From a virus (taxonomy: Duplodnaviria; Caudoviricetes), in the IMG/VR virus record IMGVR_UViG_3300044657_000677, positions 1-32,006 of that record: DNA of 32,006 nt, one strand, 5' to 3'. The position numbers were made by a program, and so were the translations under genes. Shown here in pieces: positions 8,500-18,147 of this stretch. How positions within the stretch are numbered: position 1 is the stretch's first letter; each line of letters opens with the position of its first letter. Under the pieces are notes generated by a model. It saw nothing but the letters and a program-made list of their open reading frames with translations, did not search any database and was not told where the DNA came from.

Positions 8500-8963
8500 C
8501 TTGGGAATCTGACTGGAAAAAGATCGAAAAAAAGATCGATCATGTGCTGAATAAAGGCATTAGAGCGACTCTTTTCGGAGTAAGTACGGCGATTATCAAA
8601 GAGACCCCGGCAGATACCGGACGCGCTCGTGGTAATTGGCAAGCATCCGTCGGTAGCGGGGCTACTGGGGAAGTTTTTGTGACAGGCAAGAGGAGTGGTC
8701 AAGCCAAAGCCATTGCATCAGTCAACCAAGCGGCAAGTGTGGCGGTCGGTGATCTTTTCTTTTTGACCAATAATTTACCATATATACGAGTCCTGGAGTA
8801 TGGCGAATACCCAACCACTTTTAAGACCAATGTGGACCAAAAAGGTGGCCCGAAAATCACTCGGGACGGTTATTCGATACAGGCTCCGTATGGTATGGTA
8901 CGTAAAAACGTGCAAAATTTTAACCGCTTGTTGGTTAAGAATATCAAAGCAGCAAGCAATTAA
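8496..8963 (+). CDS. tail completion / neck protein (HK97 gp10-like)
   Basis: TPADTGRARGNW, TNNLPYI..LEYG and S.QAP.GMVR motifs; likely start ATG 8496. Confidence 0.85.
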   Translation: MTWESDWKKIEKKIDHVLNKGIRATLFGVSTAIIKETPADTGRARGNWQASVGSGATGEVFVTGKRSGQAKAIASVNQAASVAVGDLFFLTNNLPYIRVLEYGEYPTTFKTNVDQKGGPKITRDGYSIQAPYGMVRKNVQNFNRLLVKNIKAASN

Positions 8964-8981
8964 TTAAATGAGGAATTAATC

Positions 8982-9425
8982 ATGGCTATTCAAACATCTG
9001 CGGGCACTACTCTGGGTATCGTCTCAGGGCTTCCCGCTACATACGACCAAGCAGGTTTCGAGGCTCTAACATACGCCACCGTTGGCGAAATTACCGAGAT
9101 TCCAGCATTCGGCTCAGTTTATAACTTAATCACCCACTCGCCGCTTGGTGAGCGCAGAGTGGTCAAGCGAAAGGGCTCTATCAATGACGGAACTCTTACT
9201 CTCTCATTCGCTGCTGACGCTGCGGATACTGGTCAAATCGCTGCGAAAGCGGCTGCTGCGACTGATACAGAAGTTTCCGTGAAAATCACTTATCCAGACG
9301 GCGAAGATGATTATTTCACTGGCCTGGTGATGAGCTACCAAGTAAACGCTGGCGGCGTGGACAGCATCAAGTCAGACAATATTGTACTAGAACTAACGAA
9401 TGCACCAGTAAACGTGGCAGCTTAA
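8982..9425 (+). CDS. major tail tube protein
   Basis: GAGGA SD; QTSAGTTL, VGEITEIP and K.KGSINDG motifs of siphophage tail tube proteins. Confidence 0.85.
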   Translation: MAIQTSAGTTLGIVSGLPATYDQAGFEALTYATVGEITEIPAFGSVYNLITHSPLGERRVVKRKGSINDGTLTLSFAADAADTGQIAAKAAAATDTEVSVKITYPDGEDDYFTGLVMSYQVNAGGVDSIKSDNIVLELTNAPVNVAA

Positions 9426-9451
9426 TAGAGTAAACAACTAAGGTGTGATTT

Positions 9452-9856
9452 ATGGATTTAGCAAACATTGACCTGCAAGCAGCAGCGGAAGAGGGAGTCG
9501 AAGTAAAGCTCCAGCATCCGGCCAGTGGTGAGTATCTAGTAGATGACAAAGGCGAGCATTTAGTTATTACGGTTCTTGGCAAAGATTCGCAGACGTGGCA
9601 GAACGCCGCCAAGCGAGTTAACACCAGGAATGCTAATCGCTACAAGGATCGAAAGATTCCGAATGCGGCTCTCGAAGCAGCTCTCTATGAAATACTAGCT
9701 GAAAGTACGATCAAGTGGAGCAAAAATATTGAGTTCGACGGCGCGGCACTAAAGTGCAGCAAAGAGAACGCCAATATGCTCTACGAGAAGCGCAACTGGA
9801 TAGCTGAACAGTTAATGGAAGCGGCAGGAGACCGAGCTAGTTATTTTTTGAAATAA
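9452..9856 (+). CDS. tail assembly chaperone (lambda gpG equivalent)
   Basis: Lies between the tail tube and tape measure genes; has a slippery T TTT TTG at 9844-9850 just before the stop. Confidence 0.85.
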   Translation: MDLANIDLQAAAEEGVEVKLQHPASGEYLVDDKGEHLVITVLGKDSQTWQNAAKRVNTRNANRYKDRKIPNAALEAALYEILAESTIKWSKNIEFDGAALKCSKENANMLYEKRNWIAEQLMEAAGDRASYFLK

Positions 9857-10329
9857 CGGGGCTGCTGGGAAAATACGTCCAGCAGTGGGCCTGGCTCTCG
9901 ACCCGCGCTAAAGACAAAGAACGATCACGCATCGAAATGATCGATAGTAATGATGTAGCCGAACGGTTCCCAGATATTGAGCCGTTCGGCTACATCATAG
10001 AGATACTTACCAGGATTGGGGTAGCACTCAATAGTGGTAGTGGGGTTCATGGGCTGACTTGGCAAGAGATTGATGCTTTTGTGGCGAGAACACATTTGCA
10101 TCTCACTGGATGGGAAGCTGAAACGATTAAGCGACTATCTGCTCTCTACGCCAGCAGCGTGTTAAAATACGATAATCAGGACGTTAAATCGCCCTATCGC
10201 ACCGAAGAAGAAAACAAAGACATCGCCGCAGGCATGAAATCAATTCTTCGAGGCATCGTAATCAAGGACAAAAATGGACTTAGCAACAATACAAATCAAA
10301 GTCGATACTCGACAAGTCAAAGCGGCTAA
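9844..10329 (+). CDS. -1 frameshift extension of the tail chaperone (gpGT equivalent)
   Basis: The -1 frame is open from the slippery site (FEITGLLGKYVQQWAW...) and is in frame with ORF 9937-10329 (LTWQEIDAF...WE...IKRL). Confidence 0.8.
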   Translation, partial: FFEITGLLGKYVQQWAWLSTRAKDKERSRIEMIDSNDVAERFPDIEPFGYIIEILTRIGVALNSGSGVHGLTWQEIDAFVARTHLHLTGWEAETIKRLSALYASSVLKYDNQDVKSPYRTEEENKDIAAGMKSILRGIVIKDKNGLSNNTNQSRYSTSQSG

Positions 10330-13300
10330 CGAAGACATCAAGCAGCTCGGCACTACCGGGCAGATGACGGGCAAGAAGGTCAATGCCGCTAACGACGACA
10401 TGGCGAAAAGTGCCAAGAGTACAACGTCGGCATTCAAACTGCTGGGCGGTGCTATGGCTGCGCTCGGCGTCGGCGCACTGGTTACAAGTTTCGCCCGGAC
10501 GGTCACAGAGTCAGAGAAGCTAAAAGGCTCTCTCAAGACAATGACCGGAAGCACTGAAGACGCGGCTTTCGCATTCTCAGAATTGGAAAGATTTGCGGCT
10601 CAGACTCCATTTACTCTCGATCAATCGGTCGAAGGTTTTATTAAGCTCAAGGCACTGGGATTAGACCCGTCAGAACGCGCTCTGCGGTCGTATGGCAATA
10701 CGTCGGCTGCGATGGGCAAAGACATGATGCAAATGATCGAAGCAGTCGCAGACGCCTCTACGGGCGAATTTGAGCGTCTAAAAGAGTTCGGCATCAAAGC
10801 AAGTTCAGAGGGCGATCGAGTCTCTTTGACGTTTCAGGGCATGACGACAACGATCGGCAAGAACTCAGCAGAGATTCAAGAGTATTTGCTCGGAATCGGC
10901 GAAACTAAGTTCGGTTCTGCAATGGAAGATCAGATGGCGGCACTCCCGGGCCTTCTTTCGAATCTGTCAGATAATATATCCGGGCTATTCCGTAAGATCG
11001 GTGACGTGGGCGGGATTAATCTATTCGCCGGGGCTATAACTGCCGCCAGCACAGTAATTGTCGGAATTACAAATAATCTCGATCTGCTTGGAACTGGCCT
11101 GGCTGCGGCGATGGCTGGATTCGTAGCATTTACAGTCGGTTCGAATTTTTCTGCGATACTTGGCGGGATGGGAAAGATTAGAACCGCCGTTCTGGCTTTG
11201 AATACTGCGATTATGGCGAACCCGATCGGCTTTATAGCGTCAGCGATCGCTATTGCAGCGACAGCGATAATAATAAACTTCGATAAAGTGAAGGACGCAG
11301 CGGCGAGAGCCGCGATTAACATTCAGATCGGATTCGAAGAACTAAAAATCTTCTTAATGGAGTCGTTCGCCGGGGCGATTGATAAAGTCGCGAGCGGATT
11401 CACCACAATGAAGAACGACGCGGTGGCAGGAATGACTGCTCTCGCCGCTGCGGTAAAGAACCCGACCGACGCAATTAATACGTTCAACGAGACGTTCGAC
11501 ACTACTCTAGCGAGCCTACAGACAGGGCAAAGCCGAACCAATATATACTCTGCTTCGATCGCAGCTAGTCGAGACCGAGTGAAAGAATTAAACGACAAGC
11601 TCGTTAAAATGAACGATGAAGTCTCGGATGCGGACGACAACTATAGAGACGCTGGGCGATCTCTGTCTGATTACGCGACAGAAATAGATGAATCAGCGGT
11701 TGCAGCGAATGAGCTGGCGGCGGAGACGGAAGCTGCCCGGATTAAGACGGAAGAACTGCTCGGCGAGATCAGCAACGAGACCGAAGCTCTAAGCATGAGC
11801 AACGTGGAAATCGCTATTCGAAACAATCTACAGAAAGCCGGAGTCGATGCAACGTCAGAACTGGGCGAGCAAATAGTAGCGGCAACTGAGAAGCTCTACG
11901 CAGAAAAAGACGCAATTGATGCGGCTAATGAATCAGCCAAAGCCCTGGAGAAGCAGCACGACGAATCGCAGAAGGCTATCGAAAAAGAGGCCAAAAGAGT
12001 CTCTGATGAAGCCACCAAAGCATACGAAAGGATGAAAGATAATATCTCTGGGTTTTTCGTTGACACTTTTGAGAACGGCAAAGTTAATTTCGAGAAGATA
12101 GCGACATCGTTTAAGAACATGATTATAAAGATGCTTGCAGACTGGGCCGCATCTAAGATAATGGAATTAATGACCAACACTTTCAGCGGAATCGGTTCGT
12201 CGATTAGCTCGATGTTTAGTGGCATATTCTCATCGATTAGTAGCTCTATATCCGGGCTGGCATCAAGTGCGGCAGCGGTAGTCGGCAATATAGTTACCGG
12301 CGGCACTGCTGCCGCTGCTGCTACGACAAACGCAACCGCCCTGGCTGCGGGTTCTGGCCTAACGGCTACAGCGGCAGGAACAGCGGCAGGATTTACAGCA
12401 GGCGGCAGCGGGGTTCTCGCAGCGGGAGGCGGCACTACTGCGGCAGGAACCGCTTTAGCGGGAGGCGGCACTACTGCGGCAGGAACCGCTTTAGCGGGTG
12501 GTGGTGCTGTCGCGGGTGGCACTGCTTTGGCAGCAGGCGGCACTGTCGCGGGTGGCACTGCTTTAGCGGGCACAATAAATACCGCCGCTTTGAGTTCGAG
12601 TTTAGCAACAGGAACAACAGGATTCACAGCGGGAGGCAGCGGCATACTAGCAGGAACAACACAGATAACTGGTCTAGGAACAACTGCTGCCGGAACAACT
12701 GCTGCCGGAACAACTGCTGCCGGAACAACTGCTAGCACTACTGCCGCTGGCACTGCTGCCGCTGCCGGTAATCCGATTGTCTCGGCTTTAAAAACTTTTG
12801 GCCCTGCTGCTATTTTTGCTTATCTAGCTTTCAAGTGGGACATTTTCGGTCTAAATCGCCCTAATTATCCGACTTTTGATGAACTGCCACCAGCGGTTCA
12901 AGCCGAACAGATGCTAGAGGCGTTTAATGCCAGTTTGCCGATGAGCTTAATTGGGCCAGACATGGAAGATACGGAAGGGATGGCGGGCTTTGAGCCAGCC
13001 ATATTGGTCGATCTATATAGAAGAATAGAAGGTCAGCTGGGAGAAGACGGAACGGATACCCTGGAGAAAATCCGGAACCATCCGCTTTTACAGACATCAT
13101 TATATGATATGACTCACGGCTCTTTTCGCAGCGGCTTGGATTTTGTGCCGCATGATGGCTTTGTCGCCGAGTTACACGCCGGAGAGCGAGTGCAGACGGC
13201 AGAGCAAGCACGATCATCGGATAGCATGGCCGATCAGATTTCCGGTCTGCGTCAGAGTGTCGAGGAAGTCATGATCGCGGTGGCGAGAAATACTGGAAAG

Positions 13301-13357
13301 CTCTATCGATTGAATGATCGATGGGACAAGAACGGCTTGCCGCCGGTGAGGGCATAG
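10274..13357 (+). CDS. tape measure protein
   Basis: 1027 aa, helical and Ala-rich; FAAQTPF..DQ and TGEFERLKEFGI motifs; C-terminal VPHDGFVAELHAGERV. Confidence 0.93.
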   Translation: MDLATIQIKVDTRQVKAANEDIKQLGTTGQMTGKKVNAANDDMAKSAKSTTSAFKLLGGAMAALGVGALVTSFARTVTESEKLKGSLKTMTGSTEDAAFAFSELERFAAQTPFTLDQSVEGFIKLKALGLDPSERALRSYGNTSAAMGKDMMQMIEAVADASTGEFERLKEFGIKASSEGDRVSLTFQGMTTTIGKNSAEIQEYLLGIGETKFGSAMEDQMAALPGLLSNLSDNISGLFRKIGDVGGINLFAGAITAASTVIVGITNNLDLLGTGLAAAMAGFVAFTVGSNFSAILGGMGKIRTAVLALNTAIMANPIGFIASAIAIAATAIIINFDKVKDAAARAAINIQIGFEELKIFLMESFAGAIDKVASGFTTMKNDAVAGMTALAAAVKNPTDAINTFNETFDTTLASLQTGQSRTNIYSASIAASRDRVKELNDKLVKMNDEVSDADDNYRDAGRSLSDYATEIDESAVAANELAAETEAARIKTEELLGEISNETEALSMSNVEIAIRNNLQKAGVDATSELGEQIVAATEKLYAEKDAIDAANESAKALEKQHDESQKAIEKEAKRVSDEATKAYERMKDNISGFFVDTFENGKVNFEKIATSFKNMIIKMLADWAASKIMELMTNTFSGIGSSISSMFSGIFSSISSSISGLASSAAAVVGNIVTGGTAAAAATTNATALAAGSGLTATAAGTAAGFTAGGSGVLAAGGGTTAAGTALAGGGTTAAGTALAGGGAVAGGTALAAGGTVAGGTALAGTINTAALSSSLATGTTGFTAGGSGILAGTTQITGLGTTAAGTTAAGTTAAGTTASTTAAGTAAAAGNPIVSALKTFGPAAIFAYLAFKWDIFGLNRPNYPTFDELPPAVQAEQMLEAFNASLPMSLIGPDMEDTEGMAGFEPAILVDLYRRIEGQLGEDGTDTLEKIRNHPLLQTSLYDMTHGSFRSGLDFVPHDGFVAELHAGERVQTAEQARSSDSMADQISGLRQSVEEVMIAVARNTGKLYRLNDRWDKNGLPPVRA
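12421..12733 (+). repeat. in-frame tandem repeats within the tape measure gene
   Basis: Exact 36-bp unit x2 (12421-12492) plus degenerate copies; GGAACAACTGCTGCC x3 plus a partial copy (12677-12733). Confidence 0.9.
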
Positions 13358-13358
13358 A

Positions 13359-14273
13359 ATGAAAATTATCAGACCGGAAACGGTAACGGATTCGATATTT
13401 CAGTCTTCGACAGTAACGGAGGCAGACCAGGCCGAGTGGTTAAGCGGCACGACTTATCACCTTGGCAATCTGGTAATGGTTACAACGACAGCAAACGGCG
13501 CGGCGACAGCTACTCACAAGATATATTCATCTGTTCATAGCCAGGCCGGGAACGATCCAACAGTAGATGACGGCACGAACTGGACAGAAGTATCGAGCAC
13601 AAATCGCTGGAAACTATTTAATGCGATTGTTCAGGAACAGACAGAAAACGCTGGCGGCATGGAGTACGTACTGCAGTCGCCGACAGTAATTAACTCCCTG
13701 GCACTTATTAACGTGAACACAGCATCAGTAACGGTAGAGGTAGTTGATTCGGTCGAGGGAACGGTTTATGACCAAACTTTTTCTCTGATTTCGCCGTCTG
13801 GTATTCAGGACTGGTATGCTTATTTCTTTGAGCCAATCGTGCGAGATGACCGCCTGGCGATTCTTGATCTGCCACCGTATGCAAACGCAGATATCACTGT
13901 GACTTTCACAGATACCGGGACAGCTAAATGTGGCGCGTTAATTATCGGACAATTTGCCGATCTTGGATTCTCGCAACATGGCGCTAATTACTCGATTATC
14001 GATTATTCGGTAAAAGCCACCGATTCGCAGGGCCGGATAACGATTACAGATGGCGCCTACGCGAACAAGCTGGACGTGGATGTAGTGTTGAACACCGACG
14101 CGTTCGGTGTTACTCGAAGCACTCTAACCGATCTTCGCACGACTCCCGTGGTTTGGGTGGCCGAAGAAGACAACCGAGATTCGATCGTGTACGGCTATTA
14201 TAGAGAATTTGATATAATTCTCAGCAATCCAACTACTTCCAGATGCTCACTTGAAATTGAAGGGCTAGTATAA
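13359..14273 (+). CDS. tail tip / distal tail protein
   Basis: Immediately follows the tape measure gene; MKIIRP..., TNRWKLF, IIDYS and VYGYYREF motifs; beta-rich. Confidence 0.7.
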   Translation: MKIIRPETVTDSIFQSSTVTEADQAEWLSGTTYHLGNLVMVTTTANGAATATHKIYSSVHSQAGNDPTVDDGTNWTEVSSTNRWKLFNAIVQEQTENAGGMEYVLQSPTVINSLALINVNTASVTVEVVDSVEGTVYDQTFSLISPSGIQDWYAYFFEPIVRDDRLAILDLPPYANADITVTFTDTGTAKCGALIIGQFADLGFSQHGANYSIIDYSVKATDSQGRITITDGAYANKLDVDVVLNTDAFGVTRSTLTDLRTTPVVWVAEEDNRDSIVYGYYREFDIILSNPTTSRCSLEIEGLV

Positions 14274-16180
14274 TGACTATACCAACTATAAGCACACTGC
14301 CAACAGCGCCAGCTAGAACTGACGCCCCGGCTACATTTATCACCAGGGCAGACGCATTTCTTGCAGCTCTGGTTACTATGCAGGGTGAACTAAATACATC
14401 TATCGGTGCAATGAACACAGACATTGCAGGAGTAAACGCTGACGCAGCTGCTGCGGCTGCTAGTGCAAGTGCTGCGGCATCAAGTGCTACGGCTGCGGCT
14501 AATGCTGCTGGTGCTGCTCTATGGGTAAGCGGTCAAGCATACGCAGAAGGCGATGCGGCTATCTCTGGAATTGATTATCAAACATATCGTGCCGAGACTG
14601 CTACAAGCGGAACTACTGACCCAAGCGCAGATGCAAACTGGACAAAAATCTCTGGAGTATTACCCGCAGAAAGTGGTAACGCAGGAAAGTTTTTAACAAC
14701 TGATGGTTCTACAGCATCATGGGCTGCAATCGAGACAGGAACTATTACAGCAACAGCATCTGGCGCATTAACTAATGGATGCCCAGTAGTAGTTAATAGT
14801 AACGGTACAGTTTCAAAAACAGTTAGAAACCAACAAACCGAAGCAACAGGAAGCGCAACAGACGTTTTTGATAATACTATAGGGGATAACGATTACATAT
14901 CTAGTTGTTATGTTCCAGACACAAGTAATATCTGGTTTTGTTATTCTGACAATATTACAGTGCCAATTTTCAGAAGAATAAGCGTAACTGGAACGTCAAT
15001 AAGTTCTGGTGCTGCTAATAATCAAGTTCCGTCACAGGGTACTGGAGGCGAAGGAAGATACCCGCAAATTTGCTATATAGGTAATTCAAAAGTAGCCATT
15101 GTTTTTTCTGCTAACAATGATGGAAATGCAGGGCTTTGTGTTATAGCAACAGTAGCGGGTAATGGAACAGCAACATTTGGAACTCCGGTAGAATTTGTTT
15201 CTAGTTCTGTGGCAATGTCTGTTTGTTATGATTCTGACAACGATAAAATTGTTGTTGTTTACAGAGATGACAGTAATTCATCTTTTGGAAAAGCGGTAAT
15301 TGGTACTGTTAGTGGAACATCGGTAACATTTGGAACGCCTATAGCGTTTCAAAATGGTCTAAAGCCACAGTCTAAATTCGATCTTAAAGCTATTTATATT
15401 CCAGAACAAGAACTTATTGTTTGTATGTATAGGTCAGCTCTTAATGGCGCTCAGGCTTATCTTGAATCATTCTCTAGCGATGGCACAACATTAGCAAATG
15501 TAGACCAAGTTTTGGTTTTTGCCGACCAACCAGAATATTTTGATATGGCTTACGCTCCAGACAAAACAGAGTTAATGGTGGTTTGGACGGCGCAAAGCGA
15601 TTCAGACAATGGTAAAGCAAAAAACTATTATTTTAGCGGTGGCGCAACCGGCAAGAATTTTTCAAATATAGATTTTCACGAATGGACGAATGGCTCTGTT
15701 AATTCGGTTGTGCTTACTTATGACCCAAATGCGAGCCATTGGTATATGGTTTTTCAAAACTTAAGTCAAAGCAGTTATCCATACAGGCGTTATTTAAAGA
15801 CAAATGTTGCTGGGGCTATTTCTACAGATAATGAAGCTGTTCTTTATAGTTCAAGTTCTAGCAGAAACGGAATGACTTATGACCCAGTTGAAAAGAGCCA
15901 TTGCTTTATTGGCTATGAAAATGCGGCGGCTCACCAGATTGGATACGATGTTACAAATTTAACTTCTACAAATTATATCGGAATTTCTGATGCAGACTAT
16001 GCTGACGGAGCAACCGCTAAAGTTCAGATAGTAGGCGCTGTAGACGATGCTCAAACTGGATTAACAGCAGGACAACCTGCCTACGTTCAAAGAGACGGAA
16101 CAATTGGAGTGACTGCTGATACCCCGTCTGTGCTAGCAGGAGCAGTAATATCTGCAACCAAAATTATTGTGAAAGGTTAA
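14273..16180 (+). CDS. tail fibre / receptor-binding protein
   Basis: N-terminal anchor, Ala-rich stalk, WVSGQAYAEGD CBM-like motif, AGKFLTTDGS linker and a repetitive beta-rich body (TFGTP repeats). Confidence 0.75.
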   Translation: MTIPTISTLPTAPARTDAPATFITRADAFLAALVTMQGELNTSIGAMNTDIAGVNADAAAAAASASAAASSATAAANAAGAALWVSGQAYAEGDAAISGIDYQTYRAETATSGTTDPSADANWTKISGVLPAESGNAGKFLTTDGSTASWAAIETGTITATASGALTNGCPVVVNSNGTVSKTVRNQQTEATGSATDVFDNTIGDNDYISSCYVPDTSNIWFCYSDNITVPIFRRISVTGTSISSGAANNQVPSQGTGGEGRYPQICYIGNSKVAIVFSANNDGNAGLCVIATVAGNGTATFGTPVEFVSSSVAMSVCYDSDNDKIVVVYRDDSNSSFGKAVIGTVSGTSVTFGTPIAFQNGLKPQSKFDLKAIYIPEQELIVCMYRSALNGAQAYLESFSSDGTTLANVDQVLVFADQPEYFDMAYAPDKTELMVVWTAQSDSDNGKAKNYYFSGGATGKNFSNIDFHEWTNGSVNSVVLTYDPNASHWYMVFQNLSQSSYPYRRYLKTNVAGAISTDNEAVLYSSSSSRNGMTYDPVEKSHCFIGYENAAAHQIGYDVTNLTSTNYIGISDADYADGATAKVQIVGAVDDAQTGLTAGQPAYVQRDGTIGVTADTPSVLAGAVISATKIIVKG

Positions 16181-16183
16181 ATC

Positions 16184-16459
16184 ATGAAGACTATATTATT
16201 TTTAGAGCCAGACTCTGACCCTTGTTCAAAATATCTTTTTGAAGATAACGAGTTAATATCGGTTGAAGATAATTTCATTACAGTCGGCGACCCAGAAGGC
16301 TATCACTTTAAGATTCTTGATGGTAACTCTAGTAATACGGTCATTGTTGAAGGCGTGACCGCTCCAGACGATTGGTTCGGCTGCAAGTACAACTACGTCA
16401 ATGGCGTATGGGAGTTATGCCCAGATTGGATAGACCCCCGCGAACCCGCTCCAGAGTAA
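16184..16459 (+). CDS. tail fibre-associated small protein
   Basis: Follows the fibre gene; carries a VTAPDDWFGCKYNYVNGVW motif. Confidence 0.65.
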   Translation: MKTILFLEPDSDPCSKYLFEDNELISVEDNFITVGDPEGYHFKILDGNSSNTVIVEGVTAPDDWFGCKYNYVNGVWELCPDWIDPREPAPE

Positions 16460-16463
16460 ATGC

Positions 16464-16679
16464 GTGATTCACGTCTTTGTTTTGATCATGACTATTGCGG
16501 GTTTAGAGGTCGCTAACGAGAACTGTTCGGAGGCTATGTGTTTCCGAAGCATCGATACCTGCAATAGCTTTGCTGCCAAACTGCGACAAAGAAGTTCGCC
16601 AAGCACGTCTATCGGTATAATCACTTATTGCAAACCGATCTTAGTAGACCCGACCCAAGAGGGAATAAAGGTCTACTGA
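16464..16679 (+). CDS. small Cys-containing exported or membrane protein
   Basis: GTG start, hydrophobic N-terminus, four Cys; TGATG overlap with the next gene. Confidence 0.65.
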   Translation: MIHVFVLIMTIAGLEVANENCSEAMCFRSIDTCNSFAAKLRQRSSPSTSIGIITYCKPILVDPTQEGIKVY

Positions 16680-17149
16680 TGGCAGCAGAGATTATCGCAG
16701 CAGTACAGATGTGCTCTTCTGCTTACCGCTTTATGAAAACAGCGGTCAATGAAGGCAAAGAACTTGGCGATATGACCAGGGCTTTGAGTAAGTTCTGGGA
16801 TGCTCGGGAAACGGTTAGTGTGCTTGAGCAAAAAGCTACCAATCCTAGCAAAATAGAAAGGTTGTTTGGCGGTAAGTCAGTTGAAAGTCAGGCTCTTGAG
16901 ATAACGCTACAAAAAAGAAAGGCTCAACAACTCGAAAAAGAATTAAAGGATTTGTTCTACTGGAGCGGCAATGCAAATCTCTGGCACGATATGCTCAAGG
17001 AAAGAACTAAAATACGGAATTTAAGAATCGCTGATGCCAAGGCTAAAGCAGAAACTAGAGCGGCAATGATCGACGTGGCGGCAATACTCGGAACCGTTGC
17101 GACAGTTTTTATTGTAGCTATGGCGATTACAAACGCAGTCATAGAATGA
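16679..17149 (+). CDS. coiled-coil protein with a C-terminal transmembrane helix
   Basis: Likely start ATG 16679, coupled to the upstream stop; C-terminal hydrophobic segment AAILGTVATVFIVAMAI. Confidence 0.7.
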   Translation: MAAEIIAAVQMCSSAYRFMKTAVNEGKELGDMTRALSKFWDARETVSVLEQKATNPSKIERLFGGKSVESQALEITLQKRKAQQLEKELKDLFYWSGNANLWHDMLKERTKIRNLRIADAKAKAETRAAMIDVAAILGTVATVFIVAMAITNAVIE

Positions 17150-17162
17150 TGGAGTTTTTCTT

Positions 17163-17573
17163 ATGATGTTACAACTCGCACAAAGTTTAATAGCCCCGGT
17201 GACGGGAATTTTAGACAAGTTTATAGAAGATAAAGATCAAAAAGCTGCACTAGCGCACGAAATTGCAACTATGGCTGACAAGCAAGCGCAAGAGCAGGTC
17301 ATGCTACAGATGGAAATCAACAAAACGGAAGCACAGCATCCGTCTATGTTTGTTGCCGGGTGGCGTCCGGCTGTTGGGTGGGTTTGCGCTCTGGCAATGC
17401 TATTAAACTTTATCCTGATTCCGTTTATCAATTTGGGGCTAGAGTTCGGTGGGCTAGAGCTAGAACTTGATCTGATCGATATGGAAACCATGATGCCTGT
17501 ACTTTTCGGGATGCTCGGTCTTGGCGGGATGCGAACTTATGAAAAGTCTCGCAAAGTGGCAAGAGATAAATAA
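17163..17573 (+). CDS. holin (GTA 3TM holin family)
   Basis: FVAGWRPAVGWVC and GMLGLGGMRTYEK signatures. Confidence 0.88.
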   Translation: MMLQLAQSLIAPVTGILDKFIEDKDQKAALAHEIATMADKQAQEQVMLQMEINKTEAQHPSMFVAGWRPAVGWVCALAMLLNFILIPFINLGLEFGGLELELDLIDMETMMPVLFGMLGLGGMRTYEKSRKVARDK

Positions 17574-17579
17574 CTTTAT

Positions 17580-17608
17580 TTGATTGAAGAATTAATCCGT
17601 GTTATAAT
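17580..17608 (+). promoter_or_regulatory. sigma70-like promoter inside the lysis region
   Basis: TTGATT(17580-17585)-N17-TATAAT(17603-17608) with a TG extension. Confidence 0.75.
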
Positions 17609-17623
17609 TTTTTAGAGGTGATA

Positions 17624-17905
17624 ATGGCTAAGGATTCACGGTTGACCAAACACAAACTCGAAGGGTTTAACAAACCCAAGCGCACACCCGGACATCCAAC
17701 TAAAAGTCATGTTGTCCTGGCCAGAGAAGGCGGTCAAACAAAGCTTATTCGATTTGGGCAACAAGGTGTCAAAGGGTCACCACCCAGGGACAATGAAAGC
17801 GATGCGGACAAAGCCAGGCGTCGTGCTTTTAAAGCAAGACACGCCAAGAATATACAAAAAGGCAAAATGTCTGGTGCATATTGGTCCAACAGGGTGAAAT
17901 GGTAA
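17624..17905 (+). CDS. highly basic phage protein
   Basis: GAGGTG SD and ATG 17624; motifs NKPKRTP.HPTKSHVV, KLIRFGQQG, FKARH and AYWS...KW. Confidence 0.8.
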   Translation: MAKDSRLTKHKLEGFNKPKRTPGHPTKSHVVLAREGGQTKLIRFGQQGVKGSPPRDNESDADKARRRAFKARHAKNIQKGKMSGAYWSNRVKW

Positions 17906-18147
17906 TGACTGACGCGGAATTGGAATTGCTGATTGATCGAGCAGCGAAGCGCGGAGCATCTGAGGCACTAAAAGACGTCGGTTTATATGATGATGAAGCC
18001 AGAGATGACATCAAGGAAATACGTTCCTTACTTGAAGTGTGGCGAGATACTAAACGTACAATTGGGCAAACGACAGCCCGGTTTCTTACAATGACTCTGT
18101 TGGCAATACTTGCTGCTGGAGCATACATGGAATTTGGTGACAAATGA
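17905..18147 (+). CDS. DUF6127-like membrane protein
   Basis: TAATG coupling; AAKRGASEALKDVGL...DIKEIRSLL followed by a C-terminal TM helix. Confidence 0.7.
   Translation: MTDAELELLIDRAAKRGASEALKDVGLYDDEARDDIKEIRSLLEVWRDTKRTIGQTTARFLTMTLLAILAAGAYMEFGDK

Noticed and set aside
11896-12753. 285-aa minus-strand Pro/Ala/Val-rich ORF
   Set aside because: It is the antisense shadow of the low-complexity tape measure repeats.
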